DNA of 58,550 nt from a virus, in IMG/VR virus record IMGVR_UViG_3300027875_000001. The stretch is one strand, 5' to 3'. The notes below the pieces were generated by a model. It searched no databases, was not told where the DNA came from, and worked only from the letters and a program-made list of their open reading frames with translations. Both the position numbers and the translations under genes were made by a program. Shown here piece by piece: positions 51,847-58,550 of this stretch; the first letter of the stretch is position 1; each line of letters begins with the position of its first letter.

Positions 51847-52659
51847 TTACATCTCCGAGGCGTATTTGATACGATTCTCTTCGCGTTCCAATACCTCCGG
51901 ATCGAATTCATCCGTTGTGCTTGTATCGCGCTCCACGACAATCTGTTTCCCTTCAAGCGACCTCGCAAAGTCCGCCGCGAATTCAAACAGCGCGCGGCCA
52001 GCTGGGGTATCCGTCGGGACAAAACCAGCGTTTCGCACAATGTACACGCCGAATGTGCCCTTATCGTTCTTTTCGCTCTTGCTGGCGATAGTGTAAAGCC
52101 CGGCATAGATAGCTGCGTGACGCATCTTGATATAGGTGTTGAGATTTGAAGCCGCCTTTCGCATGAACTTGTTGGTGCCTTTGATGGAGAGCACTACCGG
52201 TTCCGGCGTCTTGCCTGCCAATAGCAGCAAGATCACATACTCCTCAAATGATGTCGCCTTTGGTGGAATCCGCCGACCATTGTCCACTGTCCACTGAAGG
52301 CGGACATCGCCGATTGGGACATCAAGATCGACAATCCCGCCACCAAGCTCGAGTGGATTGAACTCAATCCGGCGTACATCGCGGCGAATTGGCACAAACG
52401 TGATTGGCCCATTGCCGTATTTGTCGCCGGTGAGATCGTTGAACAAGCTGAACAGCGTGAGGCCTGGAATGTAGGTGCTGTCATCTGGCATCATCTGCGG
52501 AGAGAGCCCCTGCGCAATCGCGAGGCGAGGGAGTCGGACATCTTCGACGCCGATGTTTTCGGTGCCAGTCAAATCGTGTGGATCGAGTGACTTCGGTCGG
52601 TCAAGTGTGCCAGTAAATGTTGTAGGGATAATCAGGTCGGTGCGTTCGTTTTCAGTCAT
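51847..52659 (-). CDS. Hypothetical protein (270 aa), acidic C-terminal region
   Basis: ORF track. Contains VRLPRLAIAQGLSP... and, near the C-terminus, TTDEFDPEVLEREE. No family recognised with confidence. Confidence 0.55.
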   Translation of the reverse strand: MTENERTDLIIPTTFTGTLDRPKSLDPHDLTGTENIGVEDVRLPRLAIAQGLSPQMMPDDSTYIPGLTLFSLFNDLTGDKYGNGPITFVPIRRDVRRIEFNPLELGGGIVDLDVPIGDVRLQWTVDNGRRIPPKATSFEEYVILLLLAGKTPEPVVLSIKGTNKFMRKAASNLNTYIKMRHAAIYAGLYTIASKSEKNDKGTFGVYIVRNAGFVPTDTPAGRALFEFAADFARSLEGKQIVVERDTSTTDEFDPEVLEREENRIKYASEM

Positions 52660-52683
52660 GGTGTCACCTCTTCGAAATTATCT

Positions 52684-52896
52684 TTAGGAACGATCCGTCT
52701 TTGCGCGTGTGCTCAGCAGTGCATCGGCGTAGCGGTAGGCAGCGACCGCGACGTTCAGTGGTGCGCCTTCAAGGCGAGCGGGATTTGCACACAGGCCACT
52801 CAGCGCTTGCCCCGCGAAGTAATCGCGTAGACTCATTCCAAGTGCGGCAAATTCAGCAGATGGGAACGCTGGTCCACCGTCATGCTCACTCATCAC
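52684..52896 (-). CDS. Conserved small phage protein of unknown function (70 aa)
   Basis: GGPAFPS...GMSLRDYFAGQALSGL...AAYRYADALL is a pattern common in small phage early proteins. AAGGAG lies upstream. Confidence 0.55.
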   Translation of the reverse strand: MMSEHDGGPAFPSAEFAALGMSLRDYFAGQALSGLCANPARLEGAPLNVAVAAYRYADALLSTRAKTDRS

Positions 52897-53048
52897 TGCT
52901 CCTTTTATCGCACGTCTTCAATGGTTGCTGTCCATTCCGAACCACGCAGCCCCCATTCTCATGCCAGACACCAGGGAGTATGATAAGAACGCGATTCGGA
53001 TTGACATACGATCCATGTAAGCGACCCAGCGATGCAGGATGTACGTCA

Positions 53049-53318
53049 TTATTCCTTCTCGATTCGTCTCATTCGTGCTTCGTTCATCTTAATCCAATGA
53101 TTTTTCTTTTTAACTGTACGTCCAAGAATATAACCTGAAAGATCTTCTATTGTAATCCAAGGAAAGCTAGGACCTTCACGCACTTCAAGGACCGTTCGAG
53201 AAAAGTCGGCTCTATTCTGCCCAACAGAAGTCTGCAGGTTCTTCTGAGATTCTCGATTACTCGAGACGTGCTGTTTCAGGGAGAGAGCCTTTTTCATCGA
53301 ACGGTCTTTGAAAGACAT
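53049..53318 (-). CDS. Hypothetical protein (89 aa) in an AT-rich patch
   Basis: ORF track. A hand count of 53041-53100 gives 23/60 G+C, clearly below its neighbours. Confidence 0.45.
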   Translation of the reverse strand: MSFKDRSMKKALSLKQHVSSNRESQKNLQTSVGQNRADFSRTVLEVREGPSFPWITIEDLSGYILGRTVKKKNHWIKMNEARMRRIEKE

Positions 53319-53332
53319 GAAGGCCTCATCAT

Positions 53333-53932
53333 TTACTCATTCCTCAATACAATTTTGGTTTTCGCGTAGCACGTCACGCCTGGCGGCTCTGCCTCGCCTT
53401 GCAGCAACAGATCCTTGACCATCGCATTCGTCGTCTGCCACGGCAGGACCATCGATCGCTCCATCCCGTGCTGCATACACCACAGACGAAACGCTTCTTT
53501 ATCGAGCACCTGTGCGTAGGGTTCAGCGTAGATCGAAATGAGTTGACCGGTGGCCAGTCGCAAATTAGAAATTCCTTCTTCTTCGAAGTGTTCAGTCATC
53601 AATGCGACGTAAGTTTCAAGCAACAGCCCGAATGTTTTGGCCCATTGCTCCTGATACTCCAGAATCTTGCGGATTTCCGCATAGACACGCGCGAATTCTG
53701 ACGCCCAGTGTTTACCACCAGTTGCGGAGAGCTCGATGTTGTAGAGCGATCGCATCGTGCTGCCGAGGTCTGTCAGCAACTGTTCGACGTGCTTGGCATC
53801 ATGCGAGGTGTCTCGTGATGGTGGCTTGAGGATGTCCTGTTTTAGCGATTCCACTAGATCGCGTCGTTCTGGTTCGACGACTTGGAATTTGGGCAGAGTG
53901 TCGATGACGCCGGCGTATTTGCGTTTGGCCAT
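53333..53932 (-). CDS. Hypothetical protein, possibly Gp157-like
   Basis: 199 aa. The C-terminal part (VLDKEAFRLW...AMVKDLLLQGEAEPPGVTCYAKTKIVL) resembles the siphovirus Gp157 family layout as I remember it. Confidence 0.35.
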   Translation of the reverse strand: MAKRKYAGVIDTLPKFQVVEPERRDLVESLKQDILKPPSRDTSHDAKHVEQLLTDLGSTMRSLYNIELSATGGKHWASEFARVYAEIRKILEYQEQWAKTFGLLLETYVALMTEHFEEEGISNLRLATGQLISIYAEPYAQVLDKEAFRLWCMQHGMERSMVLPWQTTNAMVKDLLLQGEAEPPGVTCYAKTKIVLRNE

Positions 53933-54147
53933 GTTAGTCTTTCTGGGCTACGTGTTTCGTTCTAGAAATTTCTCGATGATAGATTTTCGCGGCTTCTCTA
54001 AGAGAGCTAATTGCTACCATCAGTTGTCTTGTAATTGCCTCATCCGCTCAATTTCTAAATGAATCGAAGTAGTCGCGAATTTCTTCAATCATTCCCTCAG
54101 CTTCTCTTGCTACTGTCAACGCATCTTGTTTTGAGGTAAAAGCCATG

Positions 54148-54648
54148 TTAGTTCACCGCTCTCTGTTCCGGCCAGACCTCTCCATAGACATCGAGGCCAT
54201 CCTTCATGGGAAGTGTCACTGGTTCTAGTGCTGAGCACCGCTGTTCTTGAATACGATAGGGATAATAGATTGTTTCGGAATATCCCCATTTCGTGCGGAC
54301 ATTCGAAAAGATGGCTTCTTGTGATCCGCGGTGAAGATGCCCAGTGTGACGGCATTCATCACAACCGCGTCCATGGCAAGACTGATGGATTTTTGTACTA
54401 TCAAATAGACGAAGATAGCCATCGCCAACGAGCGTAAATCCGACGCCGTGCTGTCGTTGACAGATCGTGCGCAATGCGTCAACACGGGAGCGAGAATCAG
54501 GAATGCCAACAACGTGGATATCACCGCGCTGTGACACGACTAAAGCCACCATCAGTACGTGGTCAGTAACCGAGCGAAGTTCTAGCGCTTGATGTACGAA
54601 TATTTCTGCGGCGTCACGGAGCAAGTTCTCGATATATGAATTGGTCAT
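54148..54648 (-). CDS. Hypothetical protein (166 aa)
   Basis: ORF track. Cys/His cluster CHGRGCDECRHTGH. Confidence 0.5.
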   Translation of the reverse strand: MTNSYIENLLRDAAEIFVHQALELRSVTDHVLMVALVVSQRGDIHVVGIPDSRSRVDALRTICQRQHGVGFTLVGDGYLRLFDSTKIHQSCHGRGCDECRHTGHLHRGSQEAIFSNVRTKWGYSETIYYPYRIQEQRCSALEPVTLPMKDGLDVYGEVWPEQRAVN

Positions 54649-54887
54649 GCCGGACCGATTGGTAACGTGAGTTGCGCATCAAGTTGATTGGCGGCAGTGG
54701 TAAGGGCAGCGGCGAGCATACGTGCCGTCACAGCAGCCTCGGCATCCGTGCCGCGCAAATAGATCATGATGTCGTCACCGAATCTCATAGTAATCCAAGC
54801 GCCCTGTTGAAGTCCGTGCCCGTTGATCGTCACGGTGATAGGATCGTTAGTGCCTTGGTGGATGTTGACAGAGGCCATTAGCGGCAC
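54645..54887 (-). CDS. Hypothetical protein (80 aa)
   Basis: ORF track. 4-nt overlaps with both neighbours. Confidence 0.5.
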   Translation of the reverse strand: MPLMASVNIHQGTNDPITVTINGHGLQQGAWITMRFGDDIMIYLRGTDAEAAVTARMLAAALTTAANQLDAQLTLPIGPA

Positions 54888-55132
54888 CTCCTGAGCGCGA
54901 TCAACAATGCGCGTTGCGCGAGCAGGGATGCCAAGACGCGGGCACTGGACCAGCCACGAGCAAGAAGGACCAGACCGGCAGCTACTTCGCGAGCCGTCAG
55001 GTGCGGCTTGACAGGCACAGGGAGAGCGGTACGCTGCGCTGTTGCCGCCAGCAGAGTTCTATTGATGTGCGCGTCCTTGGCATCCATGCGCCGCTGAATG
55101 GTCCGAAAGTCCACAAAGCCACGATACCTCAT
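54878..55132 (-). CDS. Hypothetical protein (84 aa)
   Basis: In-frame ATG at 55132 (MRYRGFVDF...). The longer track ORF to 55228 overlaps the upstream gene. Confidence 0.4.
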   Translation of the reverse strand: MRYRGFVDFRTIQRRMDAKDAHINRTLLAATAQRTALPVPVKPHLTAREVAAGLVLLARGWSSARVLASLLAQRALLIALRRCR

Positions 55133-55169
55133 GATAAACAGTTCCTTTCGGGTCACGTTTGGTGAATTT

Positions 55170-55451
55170 CTAACCTGAGCTGTCCCACCGATATTTCCAC
55201 ACCTCGGCCATGCCGTCTGCGTCGGCACGGAAAATCGTCGTGCACCACGGCGGAGAGTAGGATTCGTCCACCTCGAGCAGTTGCGGTGTTTTCCTACCGA
55301 TCGAAGCTACACGTTCGCTGAGCACTTCCTTCGCGAGTTGCTCGAAATTTGTTGGGTGCTGTTGGAGCCAGTATGGAGAAAGACCGCAGAACTGATCGAC
55401 AACTAAAATACGCATAGGCACCTCACGGTAAATTGAATAGAGCGTATTCAC
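55170..55451 (-). CDS. Hypothetical protein (93 aa; alternative start at 55415)
   Basis: ORF track. Confidence 0.45.
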   Translation of the reverse strand: MNTLYSIYREVPMRILVVDQFCGLSPYWLQQHPTNFEQLAKEVLSERVASIGRKTPQLLEVDESYSPPWCTTIFRADADGMAEVWKYRWDSSG

Positions 55452-55457
55452 TTGGGA

Positions 55458-55721
55458 TCACACGAGCAAGCCATCTGCCTCATTGAATTCAATTCCCTCA
55501 GCACGCGCTATCGCGAAGTACTCCGGTAGCACGCCGTAGGTGATCGCAGACCCTCCCTGTCCGGCATCGTCGCGTTCTGCCATCAGCAACGCTTCGCCGA
55601 GTGCGGTGGCTTCGTAAGCCCGCACGGTCTCAATGTGGACAGGTTCGAATTGGACAGCGAGGACGCGATAGGTTTGGATGGGAGTGTCAGCGGAGTTCCT
55701 GTCGAGCTGCTCGGTGGTCAT
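55458..55721 (-). CDS. Hypothetical protein (87 aa), first gene after a candidate promoter
   Basis: ORF track. Confidence 0.5.
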   Translation of the reverse strand: MTTEQLDRNSADTPIQTYRVLAVQFEPVHIETVRAYEATALGEALLMAERDDAGQGGSAITYGVLPEYFAIARAEGIEFNEADGLLV

Positions 55722-55795
55722 CTGTTGGACCTTTCGAGACCGTCGCGATGTATGACGCGATCGGACACCCAGAGTCTACTGAACCGACAAACGAA

Positions 55796-55823
55796 AGTAA
55801 AGTGAATTTTTAAAGACTGTAAA
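55796..55823 (-). promoter_or_regulatory. Candidate leftward promoter (shared CTTTACTTT element)
   Basis: Minus strand: TTTACA (55823-55818), 16-nt spacer, TTTACT (55801-55796). The stretch tacagtctttaaaaattcactttactttcgttt closely parallels the element upstream of the polymerase gene. Confidence 0.45.
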
Positions 55824-55885
55824 TCCTTGATAATCAACAAGTTATAGCTAAGGCCTGAATTGCCTCACGGTGCCTGGTTGTCGGC

Positions 55886-56101
55886 TCACCACTTAAAACC
55901 GCGTTGCGCGGTGCGTTCAGCGGCAAGATCCTGATAACTCAGATCGGTGCTTACCCAACGACGGCCGAGCCGCTCTGCCACGGCACCAACCAAGTACTGA
56001 CTGAAATGGAGGCGCTCTGGCTGCAAGTCAAGGAACGCAATCGACCGGCTGCGTGACTGTCCCTTCGCCAACAGGAACACGTACTCGTGTGCATTAAGTT
56101 T
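55886..56101 (-). pseudogene. Decayed, internally deleted paralog of the 20797..21666 DNA methyltransferase
   Basis: AHEYVFLLAKGQ compares with SHEYIFLMAKSE. GAVAERLGRRWVSTDLSYQDLAAERTAQRGF compares with GAVAERLSRRWVGIDLSYQDLAIERTAQRGF. 77/99 nt are identical over 55889-55987 vs 21553-21651 (inverted). The SPPY and DPFxGSGT motifs are missing. Confidence 0.8.
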
Positions 56102-56112
56102 TATTACGTGCG

Positions 56113-56325
56113 ATGATGACTCATATGAAGAATGACTGCGTGCAATCTGATCGCTACTTGTGTGACTGTGGGCATCTTGCCGTGGTGACACAACGAACGC
56201 TGTACGAATTTCAGTGGACATGCGCATGTGGTTGTCATGGCGTGATTTCCTGGGCGCATGTGAACCCACCACCTCAGTTTCAGCAGTTTGAAGTTGAAAC
56301 AGTCCAGAAGTTGTTGTTCGATTGA
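56113..56325 (+). CDS. Cys-rich small ORF of uncertain strand (70 aa on plus; a 52-codon mirror ORF exists on minus)
   Basis: YLCDCGH...WTCACGCHG on the plus strand. It sits between the methyltransferase relic and the SNF2-end relic, in opposite orientation to all its neighbours. Confidence 0.3.
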   Translation: MMTHMKNDCVQSDRYLCDCGHLAVVTQRTLYEFQWTCACGCHGVISWAHVNPPPQFQQFEVETVQKLLFD

Positions 56326-56331
56326 TTCATT

Positions 56332-56355
56332 CTACTCTTCCGTCAGCGCCTTGAT
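56332..56355 (-). pseudogene. Short relic duplicating the SNF2 3-prime end (IKALTEE-stop)
   Basis: 19/24 nt are identical to 57471-57494, and all five differences are synonymous (including TAA vs TAG). The match is only 8 codons long, so it is weak on its own. Confidence 0.4.
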
Positions 56356-56486
56356 CGCGCAATTTAATGGCGATGAGGATTACATCGAGCGCGGTCCGAA
56401 AGTGCCGCACACGTGGAAGAGGAAATCGAGGCGTCGGCCTGAAGAAGTGGAATGTGACACAGAACTTAAGTAAACTGCGACCGCGA

Positions 56487-56816
56487 TCACTTTGGTTGTT
56501 CTGCCGTCTTCCACTGGCGCATGCGTTCCTGTGCCTCTGAAAGGAGTATTGTCCCTGCACAGACAGCACGATGAAGACGATTTTCTTCACGATCTTTGAG
56601 ACGCGCCTCCGCTCGCGATTGCACCCAGAGATTAGAAAGCGTATCAGCTCCGCCAAGTTCTCGCGGCACGCGATGATCAATAATCAGTTTTGTGTGTTCC
56701 GCCCAGAGAACTTTGTCGCGGATGAAGACCGCATGGCGCATCGCGAGTGTGACGTGCCGCGTGTCGCGTCCCCACTTAGTCGTACAAACAGTTGTCAGAT
56801 TGATGCCTGGCCTCAC
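56487..56816 (-). CDS. HNH endonuclease domain protein (start uncertain)
   Basis: TRHVTLAMRHAVFIRD...IIDHRVPRELGGADTLSNLWVQSRAEARLKDREENRLHRAVCAGTILLSEAQ. The candidate GTG at 56816 overlaps the LAGLIDADG stop (GTGA). The same frame is open up to 57470. Confidence 0.7.
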   Translation of the reverse strand: MRPGINLTTVCTTKWGRDTRHVTLAMRHAVFIRDKVLWAEHTKLIIDHRVPRELGGADTLSNLWVQSRAEARLKDREENRLHRAVCAGTILLSEAQERMRQWKTAEQPK

Positions 56817-57346
56817 GTCTTGAAGCGCTTGATCGTTTCGATGTCGAGTGGGGTCAGTGGTTGCCCTTGTTGAACCCGCTGTTTGGCCCGAAATCGTCGC
56901 TGATCGTCTCGCCTGCATACCTGACAGATCCGCTGTGTACACGTCTTGGTCGTGATCGTCTTGGTGTAGGGATGTCCGTAGGGGCAATGAAACCGCTCGC
57001 GTAACTCCCATCCATGGCCTGGCGCTTTGCGCCAGGCTGTTAGTGTGGACAGGATCTGTTCGCGTCTCCGGGGCGACATTAAGCGGTAGATTGTCATCAT
57101 CAAGCCAACGGCCTGAGCTCTGCCAAGATTCCAGGCATAACAGGTCTGCCACTTGGCACAGCCTGGTCGTTGAATGAGAACATTGCCACCGAGATACCGT
57201 GCAAGCCGTTCGAGTGGCTCCCGTTGCACTTGACTCGCACTGACGTGAACTCTGCCACCTCGCCCACGACCATTCGCCTGCCACCTGAAGCAGCCTTCGC
57301 CCTCCAGAAATCCCGCAATCCAATGAATCGCTGAGATTGATATCAT
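56813..57346 (-). CDS. LAGLIDADG homing endonuclease (single-motif type) with C-terminal Cys-rich segment
   Basis: HWIAGFLEGEGCF is a textbook LAGLIDADG motif, followed by QREPLERLARYLGGNV. C-terminal HCPYGHPY...CTQRICQVCRR. Confidence 0.85.
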   Translation of the reverse strand: MISISAIHWIAGFLEGEGCFRWQANGRGRGGRVHVSASQVQREPLERLARYLGGNVLIQRPGCAKWQTCYAWNLGRAQAVGLMMTIYRLMSPRRREQILSTLTAWRKAPGHGWELRERFHCPYGHPYTKTITTKTCTQRICQVCRRDDQRRFRAKQRVQQGQPLTPLDIETIKRFKT

Positions 57347-57470
57347 ACGTTATTCCAATGCATTCAACAGACCACTGCGTGCCGCACACCTGCGCGAGTG
57401 AGAGCGGTCGAACATCATTCAGTAGTGCGAGGAGGAGAGAGATGAGAAGTAAGGTCGTGCTCATGGTCAT

Positions 57471-58550
57471 TTATTCCTCCGTCAGTGCTTTGATCCACGC
57501 TTTCGTCGTCCACACCGACACATCTTCTTTCTGCCGCTTCGCTTTGATAATGGCGTGGTCCAGTGTCTTCTGCCCTTGTGGACCTGTCGCCACGATATCA
57601 AAGTAACTCACTGCATGCACTTGACCAGGACGATCCACACGCGCTGCGGCTTGCAGGGCTTTGAACAGCGAATAATCATAACTCATGTTCACCACGGTAT
57701 GACACGCCGAGAGATTCAGTCCGAGGCTTCCCGTTCCATACGTACCAGCAAAAAACACCGGCCCCCTCGGTGCGGTCCGCGGATCAAGCAATCGCAACGC
57801 GGTGTCTCGCTCGGCTTTCGTCTGTCCACCAAAGATGTGCCCAATCGCCAAGCCGTTGTTTGACGCAACTGCGGCGATCATGCGCGACAACTCAAACCGG
57901 AATCGGCACCAGACCAGCAGCTTGAGATTGGGATCTTCAATGAGCCGATCGCGGAACCACTTCAACACGAAATCCAATTTTTCGCGACTCAACTCTTGAA
58001 TGGCTGGTTGTGGAATCACAGAGCGATTGATATGAACAGGCATCCCCTTCGATTGCGGCAGGTCGAGACTTTCGAGCAATCCTGGTTCGATCAACGGCTC
58101 GTCATTTGGACTTTCCAACCCCCCGATAAATCCACTTGTGATCTGTGCGAGTCGGAGACTCTTGACGACGGCTTGCTGTGTGACGGCGACGGTCGATTCC
58201 GAAAGCCACACCACCATCTCATCGCGCATCATTTTGTAGACCTTCCACGTCGTTTCAGAGAGTGGAACAGAGAGTGTCACAGGTGGCATAGTTGGTGGAA
58301 GATCTAAACAGTCGCGTTTGAGCCGGCGCAGGACATACGGCTTGAATCGCCGTTGCAGATCATCAAGGTTCTGCCAGCCAACGATCTGTTTCTGTTGCCA
58401 CCCGCCCATGATGGCGTATTTCGAGCGATACTGAAACCACGACCGCAACCCAACGATCCGCGGGTCCATCACTAGTCCTTGTGAGAACATATCCATCGGA
58501 CTATTCGCGATGGGTGTCCCATTCAGTAGCACCACACGCCCGCAGAGCCT
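57471..58550 (-). CDS. SNF2-family helicase, C-terminal part (58424..58550 duplicates 1..127)
   Basis: Track ORF 57471..58535 is in phase with the frame leaving base 1. The helicase C-terminal lobe contains KLLVWCRFRFE, GGQTKAERDTALRLL, FFAGTYGTGSLGLNLSACHTVVNMSYDYS and LQAAARVDRPGQ (motifs IV-VI). Confidence 0.9.
   Translation of the reverse strand, partial: RLCGRVVLLNGTPIANSPMDMFSQGLVMDPRIVGLRSWFQYRSKYAIMGGWQQKQIVGWQNLDDLQRRFKPYVLRRLKRDCLDLPPTMPPVTLSVPLSETTWKVYKMMRDEMVVWLSESTVAVTQQAVVKSLRLAQITSGFIGGLESPNDEPLIEPGLLESLDLPQSKGMPVHINRSVIPQPAIQELSREKLDFVLKWFRDRLIEDPNLKLLVWCRFRFELSRMIAAVASNNGLAIGHIFGGQTKAERDTALRLLDPRTAPRGPVFFAGTYGTGSLGLNLSACHTVVNMSYDYSLFKALQAAARVDRPGQVHAVSYFDIVATGPQGQKTLDHAIIKAKRQKEDVSVWTTKAWIKALTEE
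58424..58550. repeat. Terminal overlap, exact copy of 1..127
   Basis: See the first feature. Confidence 0.95.

Noticed and set aside
56327-56680. Track ORF 56327..56680 (minus strand, 117 aa).
   Set aside because: It overlaps the HNH domain ORF out of frame, and its translation is Arg-rich with no motif.
1-58550. tRNA, rRNA and integrase genes.
   Set aside because: I found no cloverleaf-compatible segment. The few GGTTCGA-like strings (for example near 40395 and 14548) lie inside well-supported coding sequences and have no acceptor-stem partner. No ORF shows tyrosine or serine recombinase motifs. A tRNAscan or Aragorn run is still advisable.
58424-58550. The 127-bp end repeat interpreted as a biological direct terminal repeat.
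   Set aside because: A perfect overlap that restores an uninterrupted helicase ORF is more simply an assembly closure artefact of a circular or permuted genome. A true terminal repeat cannot be fully excluded without read-end data.

Overview
This window is a complete tailed dsDNA phage genome of about 58.4 kb with a siphovirus-type tail module. It closes on itself: bases 1-127 are repeated exactly at 58424-58550 (unique length 58423 bp), and an SNF2 helicase gene reads in phase across the join. Two divergent transcription arms start in the 7334-7645 intergenic region. The rightward arm (7646 to 50014) carries, in order:
- primase-polymerase/VirE-type helicase
- an HNH endonuclease
- a 350-bp repeat-dense region (candidate cos/pac site)
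- large terminase
- five small coupled ORFs
- portal
- a four-gene block that includes a protein made of 19 tandem 22-aa repeats
- a Mu F/SPP1 gp7-type head morphogenesis gene interrupted by an intein
- an N4/N6 DNA methyltransferase
- scaffold, decoration and HK97-fold capsid genes
- a fibre-like protein and connector genes, with a GT4 glycosyltransferase embedded among them
- major tail protein
- G/G-T chaperones with a canonical A AAA AAA -1 frameshift
- a 1777-aa tape measure
- tail-tip genes, one apparently split by a second HNH gene
- GH108-like endolysin and a lipoprotein
- a GC-rich cargo island containing a SAM methyltransferase

The leftward arm runs from 7333 down through base 1 and on to 50026. 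It carries a GT-C-type membrane glycosyltransferase, family A DNA polymerase, VRR-NUC nuclease, RHH/HTH proteins, an HD hydrolase, the SNF2 helicase, a LAGLIDADG+HNH endonuclease island, gene relics and many small early ORFs.

I recognised no integrase, tRNA, rRNA or CRISPR array. All functional calls rest on motifs read by eye and remembered family signatures, not on searches.

The most unusual observations are:
1. A compositionally normal, DUF559/Vsr-like endonuclease ORF lies on the antisense strand inside the intein, while the sense frame stays open.
2. A nested homing-endonuclease island sits behind SNF2, and a LAGLIDADG ORF within it lies wholly inside an alternative frame of a 327-codon ORF.
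3. A 19 x 22-aa repeat protein sits between portal and MuF.
4. An array of eight 10-bp motifs is phased at 18 bp.
5. Several short duplicated gene ends flank inserted cassettes and differ mostly at synonymous sites, which points to mosaic recombination scars.
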